64,000 nt of DNA. Origin: an uncultured Gammaproteobacteria bacterium (GTDB taxonomy: Bacteria; Patescibacteriota; Patescibacteriia; UBA1558; 2-01-FULL-52-15). Numbering within the stretch: the stretch's first letter is position 1; every line of letters starts with the position of its first letter. Both the position numbers and the translations under genes were made by a program. The notes under the pieces are model-generated. The model was not told the DNA's origin. It made no database searches and saw only the letters and a program-made list of their open reading frames with translations. The DNA lies in assembly GCA_964402565.1 (NCBI GenBank), contig CAYOCJ010000002.1:661-64660 (forward strand). Direction: 5' to 3'. Below, piece after piece: positions 27,983 to 40,059 of the stretch.

Positions 27983-28774
27983 TTATTTCACTCCTTTCTG
28001 TATCACCTCAAGGTATATATCCTGCAGCTTCGTGCCGTAGCGCTGCATCAATGTTTTCTTATCCTCGACTAATTGCAGCTCTCCTCCGCTGATAATGCCG
28101 ATGCGATCAGCCAAGTCTTCCGCTTCTTCGAGATAATGCGTAGTGAGAATGATCGTTTTCCCGAGTGACTTCATCTCACGTATCGTGTCCCACAAGTCAG
28201 CGCGCAACTCGACATCAACGCCAGCCGTTGGTTCATCCAGAAAAATGATCTCAGGATCGTGGATCAACGCTTTCGCTATCATGATCCGTCGCTTCATACC
28301 GCCAGATAAGAATCTTCCTGGCTGATCTTTTTTATCCCAGAAATGCAGTTTCTTCAGGATCTCTTCGACGCGTGCGTCAAGATCCGTTTTGCCATAGTAG
28401 CCGCCCTGATACTTAATCACTTCGAAAATTTTCAAAAAGAAATCGGTATTCACCTCTTGCTGCACCAAGCCGATCTTCGAACGCGTGAAGCGATAGTCTT
28501 TCTCAACATCTTTTCCTTGGACCAGAACTTCGCCTGAGGTTTTCCGCGTAAGACCAGCAATAATATTAATGATGGTAGTCTTGCCAGCGCCATTCGGCCC
28601 TAATAAAGCGAAAATCTCTCCTTTGTAAATATCCAGAGAGATGCCTTTCAATGCCTGAAAGCCATTCTTATACGTTTTCGTAACCTTGTCTAAATGTATC
28701 TCGATGGGAGAACTCATGTTCAAAGGATTGTACACTATAGCAAGCCTTTCTTCAAGACTATACTCGTCTTTCAT
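27983..28774 (-). CDS. ABC transporter ATP-binding protein
   Basis: Walker A LLGPNGAGKTT, signature LSGGMKRR, Walker B IIFLDEPTAGVD. Confidence 0.85.
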   Translation of the reverse strand: MKDEYSLEERLAIVYNPLNMSSPIEIHLDKVTKTYKNGFQALKGISLDIYKGEIFALLGPNGAGKTTIINIIAGLTRKTSGEVLVQGKDVEKDYRFTRSKIGLVQQEVNTDFFLKIFEVIKYQGGYYGKTDLDARVEEILKKLHFWDKKDQPGRFLSGGMKRRIMIAKALIHDPEIIFLDEPTAGVDVELRADLWDTIREMKSLGKTIILTTHYLEEAEDLADRIGIISGGELQLVEDKKTLMQRYGTKLQDIYLEVIQKGVK

Positions 28775-28859
28775 AAAAAATAGAATGAAAAAATGAAAAG
28801 GGGCCGGACGCGATGTTGCTTTAGTCTGTCCGACCCCTTGTTAGTTGATGCTCTGCCCC

Positions 28860-30143
28860 TCATTGCAGTAACTCGTGAAGTGTCCGCAGCTCAGCGGTGT
28901 CAGTGTCCAAATACTCACGGATCTGATTCATCGCTAATGTTTCAAGCTGGCGTATCCGTTCGCGGGAGAGATATAACTTCCGACCGATATCCTCGAGGGT
29001 CATCGGCGTACCACTGCTAATCCCGAAGCGCAAGTCGAGTATGTACCGATCCCGCGGTTCCTTGATCTGGTGCAGCAAGGCACGCACGCGCTCTCGGAAC
29101 TGCTGCTGCTCATACTGTTCCTCGCCATCGACAGCTTGCGGATCAGCAACAAGCATGTGGAAGTTTTGCTCATGCGAATCGTCGATGAAATCATCGAGGT
29201 TCATTGGCTCCTCGACGACCAGCATGAGCGACTCGACCTGACCCAAGGCCCACCGGAGCCGTTTCGCGACCTCGGCCGCTCTTTCCGTGCGACTCAAGCC
29301 ATCCGGCAGTTCGCGCAACACGCGCTGCATCTTCTTGATCTTCTCTTGCTTATGCACTGGAACACGGATGAGTCGTCCCTTGTCCGCGATGGCCCGCTCG
29401 ATCGACTGCTTGATCCACCAGTACGAGTACGTAGAGAACTTGTTGCCTCGCTTGTACTCGAACTTTTCGACGGCCTTCATGAGACCGACATTACCCTCCT
29501 GGATCAGGTCCATGAACGGAACGCCGTGCGTCAGGTACTTCTTCGCGATGTGAATGACCAGACGCAAGTTCGCGTGGATCATCTCATCCCGAGCAGCCCT
29601 GATGGCATTGAGGTGGCTCCGCGCCTCAGCAAAGACCTCGTCAGAGACCCGAGGCTCCCCATGGTAGAACCTGAGGCGTCCCACGAAACTCTCTATGTCA
29701 GTGAAACGCCACTCCTCATTCGCCATCTCGAACTCAGACTCCTTCTCGCAGAACGCGCGACAGTGCTCGGACAAACCGCCAGCCAAGAGCTGCAACTTGA
29801 CCCGATGCTCTCCGAGACGCGTGAACGTCTCCTGCTCCTTGTCATAGTCGATCAGACTGTGCCGGCTCATCTCGTGCAGATACTGCGTGAACGGGACCAC
29901 CGAGTAAGGATCCTTTTTCTTGAGCCTTGCCAGTGTTGCCTGCTGTTTAGAAGTCGAGCTCGGCTGACCCTTGGCCGATCGAGGCTTACGTTCAGCGATC
30001 GGCCTCAAAGCCCGAGACGGTTCTTCGATCACCGGATCAGTACCTGTATCGAGTTGCGCGTGAAGCTCTTCTGCCTCGCGCGCAAACTGAGCAGCCTCTG
30101 CCAACTCTTCGGGGCTCAACTCAATCTGTTTACGAGACATAAT
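28860..30143 (-). CDS. RNA polymerase sigma-70 factor (RpoD/HrdB-like)
   Basis: Region 2: ANLRLVIHIAKKY...DLIQEGNVGLMKAVEKFEYKRGNKFSTYSYWWIKQSI. Region 4: TLEDIGRKLYLSRERIRQLE. Start preferred at MIMSRKQ (AAGGGAGA Shine-Dalgarno); the track ORF start at 30329 would overlap the ParB-like gene. Confidence 0.8.
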   Translation of the reverse strand: MMSRKQIELSPEELAEAAQFAREAEELHAQLDTGTDPVIEEPSRALRPIAERKPRSAKGQPSSTSKQQATLARLKKKDPYSVVPFTQYLHEMSRHSLIDYDKEQETFTRLGEHRVKLQLLAGGLSEHCRAFCEKESEFEMANEEWRFTDIESFVGRLRFYHGEPRVSDEVFAEARSHLNAIRAARDEMIHANLRLVIHIAKKYLTHGVPFMDLIQEGNVGLMKAVEKFEYKRGNKFSTYSYWWIKQSIERAIADKGRLIRVPVHKQEKIKKMQRVLRELPDGLSRTERAAEVAKRLRWALGQVESLMLVVEEPMNLDDFIDDSHEQNFHMLVADPQAVDGEEQYEQQQFRERVRALLHQIKEPRDRYILDLRFGISSGTPMTLEDIGRKLYLSRERIRQLETLAMNQIREYLDTDTAELRTLHELLQ

Positions 30144-30187
30144 CATCTCCCTTGTGCCGCGTGTAGGAAGGAACGGGTGCGTACTGA

Positions 30188-31114
30188 CTACTTCAAATCC
30201 TGGATCTTCTTCATCAGACGGCCATAGATGATGGCCGCGTTCGCCGATGCTTTGAGCAACCGCCGATAGTCCATCTCCGGACGGTTCTCGAACATCTTCG
30301 CGAGCGCCACAGGAGTCATGGAGAGCCACAGCTGCGCATCAGCAGTAGATCTCCGATAGAACGTAGTAATCGACTTGTAGTCATCGCCGGGGGTACGAAT
30401 ACGCCTCGTACCATGTCGGTAGCCGGTCTTGTTCTGGAAACGGCGAACGGCGTGGCGCATATCGGATAAACGCATCTCGTCATGCACGGCCTTCACCGCC
30501 ATCTGATACTGCTTAGTCGCTGGCACCTTGGTCAGCTCGACCGCCATCAGAACGGGCAGCTCGCCCAACTTCGAGGATGAGGGCTCGATCATCGCCTGCA
30601 CCCGCTTATCCAGCTGGAGCAGCGGGATACGAGACTGTGTCACCCATGTGAGAGACTTGCCGAGCGTGGCCGCAACCTCCGGCCATGACATCTCATAGAT
30701 CTCAGCAAGCCGACGACAGGTCTCAGCATCCTCGAGGGCTGTATGCGGCTCGCGATGGTAGTTCGCGATCGCCGACCTGAGAAGCTGTTCTCTCGAATCC
30801 GTGACCGTTACCACTTCAGCGCGGAAGATCTTCGTGTCGGCCATCTTACAAGCGATGAAACGACGTTCACCATCGACCAGTTCGTAACGGTACACCTCGC
30901 CCGGAGGGAGTTCGATGACCATCCCCGGCGTGATCTGACGGTGCTTCTTGATACTCGTAGCAAGCTCGGCCAAACGTGCCTGGTTGAAATGTTTCCTGGG
31001 CTGTCCGACGAAATTACGGATCAATCCCAAGGGGATCTCGAGAACGACCCCGGACGAGGGAGCGGTCGGCTTGCGGACAGACTTCAGGCTCTTCGCAGCG
31101 GCCGGAGTGGTCAT
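30188..31114 (-). CDS. ParB/Sulfiredoxin-domain protein (ParB-like nuclease/partition-type N-terminal domain)
   Basis: 308 aa. IPLGLIRNFVGQPRKHF...YELVDGERRFIACKMA is ParB-box-II-like. Confidence 0.55.
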   Translation of the reverse strand: MTTPAAAKSLKSVRKPTAPSSGVVLEIPLGLIRNFVGQPRKHFNQARLAELATSIKKHRQITPGMVIELPPGEVYRYELVDGERRFIACKMADTKIFRAEVVTVTDSREQLLRSAIANYHREPHTALEDAETCRRLAEIYEMSWPEVAATLGKSLTWVTQSRIPLLQLDKRVQAMIEPSSSKLGELPVLMAVELTKVPATKQYQMAVKAVHDEMRLSDMRHAVRRFQNKTGYRHGTRRIRTPGDDYKSITTFYRRSTADAQLWLSMTPVALAKMFENRPEMDYRRLLKASANAAIIYGRLMKKIQDLK

Positions 31115-31249
31115 TCAGTCTCCTCCTTGATCAGCCATCTTGGCTGAGAAAAGAAACAATTAGTGTTAGAAATGAACGATCCGTAAATTTTACGGAATCT
31201 TGCACGATACTATCATAGGCGATAAAAAATGCAATCAGAAATCTTAGGA

Positions 31250-31990
31250 AAATAAAAGGGGGACCAACGAACGTTCTTGCGAACGCCCGAAGGTCCCCCA
31301 GGGACAGAAACTGCACAGGTTGACCTGTGCACCCACCGCTTGATGCGGTCTCACTATCGCCGGCCGGCGGACGTTCGCGCGACCTGGTAGGGTCGGCATT
31401 ACGCGCCCATCGCGTGGGGTTGAGTGGCGCTACAGAGGCCGCCGCTCGCTGCGATGAATGAGGTGAGGTTTGGGAGTCCTCACAAACGTAGGGTCGATCG
31501 GGTGCGGCTCACCATGGGGTCTTGTGCTGGCGCGGGCACGACCTGTTGGGAGGGAAGGATATAATCCTTGTGCTACCCGGTTGGTCTGCCGCATGTGCGA
31601 GCTCTACCCCCTCTTAGCAGAGGCAACTGTTGGTCTTTCGACCGTGATGATGTCAGCGACGCTGCGCGTCGAACGCGGGAACCGCGCCCCCCTTCTTGAC
31701 GTTTAGCTGCATCTTCGCATGCTCCTCTGCCGACCACCTGTCGGCTGACAGTTGTGGCGTCGAGCGCCTGTGTGCCGACCTACTGAACGCGGACCGTAAC
31801 CGCGCGTACGTCGACGTACATGCGCTTCAGGAAGTCGCGGAGGTCGGCTGAGTCTGGCCCGAGCCGGCGCCGACGGCCTTGGTCGTGGTCACGGAGTCGC
31901 TACGCAACTGGTCTTTCATGATGGTGTGGAAAAAATCTCCCGGACCGAGCCTCAAGCAGCACCTCTCTTCCTTGACCATGCCGAAACGTC
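31250..31990. other. GC-rich ~740-bp stretch without any long ORF, rich in stable hairpins; candidate structured ncRNA or gene remnant
   Basis: Examples: gggggacc...ggtccccc at 31256-31297; gagctctaccccctcttagcagaggc. Every frame is broken, which is unusual for GC-rich sequence. The longest ORFs are 78 and 61 aa. Confidence 0.3.
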
Positions 31991-32392
31991 CCATACGTCT
32001 ATCGATGGCCAAGAAAAGACTAACTTGCTCTATTCCTTATACTTTCCGTTAACAAGTAAGTATCGGCTGAGCTTGCTATCCTCAAGATGCTCGTCATTAC
32101 GAGTCTGGATAGCAGCTTTCATTAGACAGCATGGCTGCCTACTTGATACAAAATTAGCCTTTTCTTGGCCACTATTTCAAAGATAAAAAGATCAAAATAT
32201 GTAACAATCAAGTACTATATCAGGTTATTGAAAACCTGTCAAGTGGAACAAAAAATGATCTTGCGCCTATCACTATTTTTTCGTAAGGTAGCTCTGCATC
32301 CCACAGAAAGCCTAAGTGGGATTTCATGTCCTTTGACAGAACGAAACTACTTACCCCCACCGTACATCTCACGACTTGAGGAGGAATACACA

Positions 32393-35424
<3,032 letters not shown>

Positions 35425-35440
35425 TTTCGAAAAAAGCAGT

Positions 35441-35486
35441 AACCCCGCCCATCAAGCAGCGACTTGGTCGGCGGGGTTTTTTTATT
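35441..35486. terminator. Bidirectional rho-independent terminator
   Basis: aaccccgcc-(loop)-ggcggggtt with T-runs on both sides. Lies between convergent purA and the hydrolase gene. Confidence 0.65.
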
Positions 35487-36048
35487 CAATGACTGCCTGC
35501 AACACACTAGGCAATACCGTAATGCCATGTTCAGTGCTGAGATGGCCCTTTGCATGTTCGATGACAATCTTCGATTGAAGTTTCTCCGAAAAAATATCCT
35601 TATCTATCAATGGAACGAAGGGGTCGTCATCAGAAAAAATGGCAGTGTTTTCCTGAATATGCGCACGAACTTTTTCTAGGTTAATCGGTTGCTCAAGCCA
35701 GGGTTCAGCAATTCTTTCTTCGTCTTTTGTTTCTAAACCCTGCAAAGTAAACCAACCTGCGACAAAAACCGCTTTTGCAACTCTCACGTTCTCAGGCAGA
35801 CGCTCAAGGTATCTGAGTATTGCCTGACAACCAATACTATGTCCGATGAGATACGTTTTTTCGTCAAGATCACCAATGAGTTTACTCAAAAACGAAACCC
35901 ATGTTTCGATCACCGGAGTATCTGAATCCGGCATAGCCGGAACCTGCACTTCAAAACCACGCGACTCTAGTTCTTGTTTCAACCAAGGAAACCAGGCTTC
36001 CTCAGGATAACCTCCCCAACCATGAATAATGAAAGCTCTTTTTTTCAT
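35482..36048 (-). CDS. Serine hydrolase of the RBBP9/YdeN alpha/beta-hydrolase family
   Basis: AFIIHGWGGYPEEAWFPWL...LIGHSIGC (GxSxG). Confidence 0.65.
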   Translation of the reverse strand: MKKRAFIIHGWGGYPEEAWFPWLKQELESRGFEVQVPAMPDSDTPVIETWVSFLSKLIGDLDEKTYLIGHSIGCQAILRYLERLPENVRVAKAVFVAGWFTLQGLETKDEERIAEPWLEQPINLEKVRAHIQENTAIFSDDDPFVPLIDKDIFSEKLQSKIVIEHAKGHLSTEHGITVLPSVLQAVIE

Positions 36049-36054
36049 GAAGAG

Positions 36055-36474
36055 TTATTGCCAGAGGGCAAGTATCACTCCCATGATACACAAACTCACC
36101 AAATAATGCGCATTATTCAAAAGCCACAACTTCCATGATTTCTGTTCCCAGAGTACTGAACCGAGTGTCACCGGAGCCACGAAGCCGATCCAATTCCAGA
36201 AACCAGTTTGCAATCCAGCAGAAACACCACTCTCATGTAAGTAGGTTGCTGCGAAAATCAATGCATGGGACAAGACAAAAGCCATGATCAACGAGGCAAC
36301 TGCTTGTATGGCATAGAGCTTGCCCATATTCACCTTTGCTCCGGCCATGCTTTCTTTCGTAACCCCCATCAATGCCATCCATTGCTTTCCAAAGAGCGGA
36401 CCATACCACAGAGAACCAATAACCATACTGGCGACCGCAGCGACAATGACTGCAAGATAATTAACAGGGACCAT
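36055..36474 (-). CDS. DUF1761-like small membrane protein
   Basis: VIGSLWYGPLFGKQWMALMG is a family-typical N-terminus. Four TM segments. Confidence 0.5.
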   Translation of the reverse strand: MVPVNYLAVIVAAVASMVIGSLWYGPLFGKQWMALMGVTKESMAGAKVNMGKLYAIQAVASLIMAFVLSHALIFAATYLHESGVSAGLQTGFWNWIGFVAPVTLGSVLWEQKSWKLWLLNNAHYLVSLCIMGVILALWQ

Positions 36475-36593
36475 AGAGTATATAGTTAGTTTTTAGAAAA
36501 ACCTAGTACTAGTCTAGCACATTTTTTAGCGGTTGGTTGAGACCCTACTGGGCCGAAACCATGAGCGAACTACGCGAAGCGTAGTAAGTCGAA

Positions 36594-36677
36594 TGGTACC
36601 CGGGGCGGGACTCGAACCCGCAAGGCTTGCGCCAAAGGATTTTAAGTCCTTCGTGTATACCATTCCACCACCCGGGC
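36594..36677 (-). tRNA. tRNA-Leu (anticodon UAA), CCA encoded
   Basis: Hand-folded cloverleaf: 7-bp acceptor, anticodon stem aagga/tcctt with loop cTTAAaa, long variable arm, T-loop TTCGAGT, discriminator A. Confidence 0.8.
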
Positions 36678-36759
36678 AAGCGATACTACTGTAGCAATAC
36701 TTTTCATAAACGACAACAACCCTAGTACAGGGTTGTGTCTTGGACGAGTTCTCACTCGA

Positions 36760-36835
36760 TGGAGCGGGAGACGGGAATTGAACCCGCCGCCTCTTCCTTG
36801 GCAAGGAAGCGTTCTACCGATGAACTACTCCCGCT
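36760..36835 (-). tRNA. tRNA-Gly (anticodon GCC), CCA encoded
   Basis: Acceptor gcgggag/ctcccgc, anticodon loop tTGCCaa, T-loop TTCAATT, discriminator U. Confidence 0.8.
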
Positions 36836-36915
36836 CGAAAACTAACTACTGACTCTCACTACTCAAACATGCTTCTCAACCGATGTCACCCACGGGGTGA
36901 TCGCCCGGTGGGCGA

Positions 36916-36931
36916 AACTACTCCCGCTCGA
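36916..36931. repeat. 16-bp direct repeat of the tRNA-Gly 5' end (aactactcccgctcga), second copy
   Basis: Exact match to 36823-36838. Followed by an imperfect hairpin at 36886-36913. Confidence 0.6.
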
Positions 36932-36977
36932 TTTCAAAGCGTTACCACTATAGCAAGCTTTGAAAATAAATCAACCC

Positions 36978-37985
36978 TTATGCTCTCTGTAGTAACTCTT
37001 TTAGAAGTGAAATGCTTTTTTCAGCACGAACCAAATATTTTTGATCCTTCTTGCTTTTATCCAACATGTAAAAATAGGGCGTTACTATCAGTCCAGCATA
37101 TAGAAGATAAAAATGTGACGTACTTCGATCCAAGCGATCGCCAGCAACTGTGCGCACACCTTCTAAAAAAGCATCATACGACTCTTTCCCAGCAAAAGTG
37201 TATATATCATAGCCAACCCTGAAAATATCAACATTAAAGGCGCTGATTCTCCAATCATCCTTTGGAGGGTATGCATCTAGGAACCGAAGTTTATGATTCG
37301 TATAAATAAGATTTTCAGAGTTGCAATCTATCGACACGAAAAGGCTATCTTTTGTAATTAACCTAAAGTTATTTTTATTTTCTTCCAGTTCTCTGGATAA
37401 TATTGCCAAGGCCTTGTCAGCTAGATCTTTGGGGAAATCTTTTTCACTCAATGCCCATGTCTTTACGTCTTTCACTCTTTCACACATAAGTTCATACCAA
37501 TTAGCTTCTGTGGCAGGCAAAAACTTCTCTGGTAGCGCTAATTTAATTTTCGCGAAAGCCTCTCCCATAGACCTATACTCTGCTACTGACAAAGTATTCT
37601 GATACAAGACCTCGGTCAGTGTTCCCTGAATATCCTCCTTATGCATTATAATGACTAACTCATCATCGCCAGACTTCGGATTTACTAACTTCACTTTCCC
37701 ATCCTCAGCGATCGCCTGCTTGAGATCAATGTATACAGTGGGGTTTAAAAAATGATTAAACTCAAAGTCATTACGAATAAAATCTATTCTCGAATTCCCT
37801 CCTGACAAATCTTTCATGTCAGTGTTCCACCACTCATTGTCCCTCTTATAAAACTTAAGTACTCTGTTTTCTGTATCAAAAATGAAAACACGAGAGATGA
37901 CCGTTTCTATAACTGTTGGGGTAGAAGAAAAACCATCGACCATGCCGCGCTGAAGGAGAGTAGATAGTTGATTATTCATTTGCAT
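36978..37985 (-). CDS. Hypothetical protein with protein-kinase-like/APH-type fold features, low-GC
   Basis: 335 aa. VLKFYKRD (beta3-Lys-like), FVSIDCNSENLIY (HxDxxxxN-like catalytic loop), LRFLDAYP (DFG-like). Noticeably AT-rich. Confidence 0.3.
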   Translation of the reverse strand: MQMNNQLSTLLQRGMVDGFSSTPTVIETVISRVFIFDTENRVLKFYKRDNEWWNTDMKDLSGGNSRIDFIRNDFEFNHFLNPTVYIDLKQAIAEDGKVKLVNPKSGDDELVIIMHKEDIQGTLTEVLYQNTLSVAEYRSMGEAFAKIKLALPEKFLPATEANWYELMCERVKDVKTWALSEKDFPKDLADKALAILSRELEENKNNFRLITKDSLFVSIDCNSENLIYTNHKLRFLDAYPPKDDWRISAFNVDIFRVGYDIYTFAGKESYDAFLEGVRTVAGDRLDRSTSHFYLLYAGLIVTPYFYMLDKSKKDQKYLVRAEKSISLLKELLQRA

Positions 37986-38737
37986 TAATTGTCTCTCTGC
38001 TCAATCTCTCGCGTTGCTCTATTGAAAAGTACCTCTTTTTCAAACTCTCGAAACGAAACCTTCAATGAAATGATATCAGGGTTATCAGTTTGAAATGCAA
38101 CAATTTTTACCTGTTCGCCGAAAGCTGGAGCATTATACGCTCCGAGATTTTCTATACCAAAAACATCATTCACAATGTGCGTTACTACCTCAAAATGTGA
38201 AACCGCTAAAATCTGAGGGGTCGAATCCTCGCTTTGATTAACATCTGAAAGAATTGATCTTATAAGATACTCCAAAGAACGATACAACCGTTCTTTCTTC
38301 TTTGAGTGGGGCTCAATGATATCTGGACGGTTTTGATGCATCTCATGAGTATAGTGGTCCTTTGCAATCAACTCCTGATCAGAGCCCAACTCTTTGACGC
38401 GCTCCATAAACGCATCACGATCAGCAAATTTACTTTGTCCCAATGCGTTTATTGATCTTTTGATGCCAGCGGATAATTGCGCTCCTTCTGCAACAAAATC
38501 TAAGGTGCCCTCTGCGCGCGGTTTCGGAGAGTGAAGGAGCAACACTGGATCATCATCAGAAAAAAATCCTTCTTCCCTCAATTTCTTTCCAGTTTCTAGA
38601 GCACCAGCAACGCCTTTATCTGTTAAATCATGACCCTCGTCCTTATAGTTCGTCTCCTCATGCCTCATTAAAACAGCCCTAAATAAGGGCTTTGGCTCAT
38701 GCTCATTTTCACTGTGTTCTGGTCTCTCTCTATTCAT
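37985..38737 (-). CDS. Histidine-phosphatase superfamily protein (phosphoglycerate-mutase-like)
   Basis: RAVLMRHEETNY (RHG-type motif with E for G) and later ILAVSHFEVV (second catalytic His). Start overlaps the upstream gene by 1 nt. Confidence 0.45.
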   Translation of the reverse strand: MNRERPEHSENEHEPKPLFRAVLMRHEETNYKDEGHDLTDKGVAGALETGKKLREEGFFSDDDPVLLLHSPKPRAEGTLDFVAEGAQLSAGIKRSINALGQSKFADRDAFMERVKELGSDQELIAKDHYTHEMHQNRPDIIEPHSKKKERLYRSLEYLIRSILSDVNQSEDSTPQILAVSHFEVVTHIVNDVFGIENLGAYNAPAFGEQVKIVAFQTDNPDIISLKVSFREFEKEVLFNRATREIEQRDN

Positions 38738-38778
38738 ATCTTGGATAGTAACACAGCCACAGCTATGAGGGTAGTATT

Positions 38779-40059
38779 TTAACTAGCTAGTTTCTCTATC
38801 AGTACATCAATCACTTTCCTATTCGTCAAGGTCACTGCTACATAGCGCCGGAATTCTCTGGTCGTGAGATTCTTCAGGACCTCTTCATTCCCCGCATAAC
38901 TATCCCGCTGCTGCAGCAGCTCCGCTTCTATCTCGGGCTCAGTCGCCTGCAGCTTCAGCTCATCAGCCAAGATACGCAACACCAGTCCAGCTTTCGCGCG
39001 CAGGATCGCCTGCGGTTCGAATTCTTTCTCGATCTGCTCCTTGGTTTTCTTCATGCTCGACAAATACTTCTCCCACTCCATGCCGCGATGTTTCACATCA
39101 TCCTCGAGTTCATAGAGCATCTTTTCAACTTCAGAATGTACCATGTTCTCCGGAATGTCGGAGAAGGTGGCGCCCTTGACGATAGCTTCGACGATCTCTT
39201 GTTCGAGGCGATTCTTTTCCTTCTGCTCCTTCTCACTCTTCAGATTTTCTTTCAAGAGAGTGGCTAGCTCAGGATAGGATCGGCCCATCATCGACCGAGC
39301 CCATTCGTCATTCTTCTCGGGCAAGTTACGTTCATACACACCAAGCAATTCTACCTTGAAGGTCGCCTGTTTGCCGGCGAGCGATTCCTGAAAATATGGA
39401 TTAGGGAATGTCAGCATGAATTCCTTGGTAGCGCCTGCTGTCGCGCCAAGTATCTCTTCTTCGAAACCCGGGATCATAGAACCTTTGCCAAGGATCAAAG
39501 GATACTTCGTTCCGGTACCACCCTCGATAACCGCGCCATTATGCTTCACCTCGAAGTTCACTTCTACTTTATCACCATTCTGGGCAGCGCGCTGTACTAA
39601 TGCTTCCGTTGCCTGCATGCCACGTAGATTATCTATCATCTCTTCAACTTCAGCATCAGTGACGGTGATCTCCTTTTTCGCTACACGCACTTTCTGCCAC
39701 TCATTGAGCTTCACCTCTGGCAAAACGGAAACGATCGCCGTATACACAATGGGATTGCCCGGGGCCATTTTCTCGACATTAATCTGCGGCTGCCCCACCG
39801 AATCAATTTTTTGTTCCTTGAGAGCAGTCCACAAAGTCTGCGTCACGATATCTTGCAGCGCTTCTTCATACAAAGCCATGTCGCCATAGCGCTGTTTGAT
39901 GACATTGACCGGCGCTTTGCCCGGACGAAAACCCGGAATAGATGTTTTCTGTGAAAGCCGATCAGCCGCGCGCTTCAGATACGCCTCTGTCTCATCGACA
40001 GGGATCTCTATGGTCAGGGTTACCTGGCCTTTCACTTTATCACTTACTGTGGATTTCAT
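38779..40059 (-). CDS. tig: Trigger factor
   Basis: N-terminal ribosome-binding GFRPGKAP motif, central PPIase-like region, C-terminal arm. Confidence 0.85.
   Translation of the reverse strand: MKSTVSDKVKGQVTLTIEIPVDETEAYLKRAADRLSQKTSIPGFRPGKAPVNVIKQRYGDMALYEEALQDIVTQTLWTALKEQKIDSVGQPQINVEKMAPGNPIVYTAIVSVLPEVKLNEWQKVRVAKKEITVTDAEVEEMIDNLRGMQATEALVQRAAQNGDKVEVNFEVKHNGAVIEGGTGTKYPLILGKGSMIPGFEEEILGATAGATKEFMLTFPNPYFQESLAGKQATFKVELLGVYERNLPEKNDEWARSMMGRSYPELATLLKENLKSEKEQKEKNRLEQEIVEAIVKGATFSDIPENMVHSEVEKMLYELEDDVKHRGMEWEKYLSSMKKTKEQIEKEFEPQAILRAKAGLVLRILADELKLQATEPEIEAELLQQRDSYAGNEEVLKNLTTREFRRYVAVTLTNRKVIDVLIEKLAS

Noticed and set aside
29070-30227. 385-aa plus-strand ORF
   Set aside because: Antisense to the sigma-70 gene, which contains unmistakable region 2 and 4 signatures.
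31250-31990. tmRNA or RNase P RNA in the GC-rich ORF-free stretch
   Set aside because: Hand search for the RNase P P4 motifs and for tmRNA tRNA-like ends and tag ORF on both strands found no convincing match. Kept only as an unclassified structured region.
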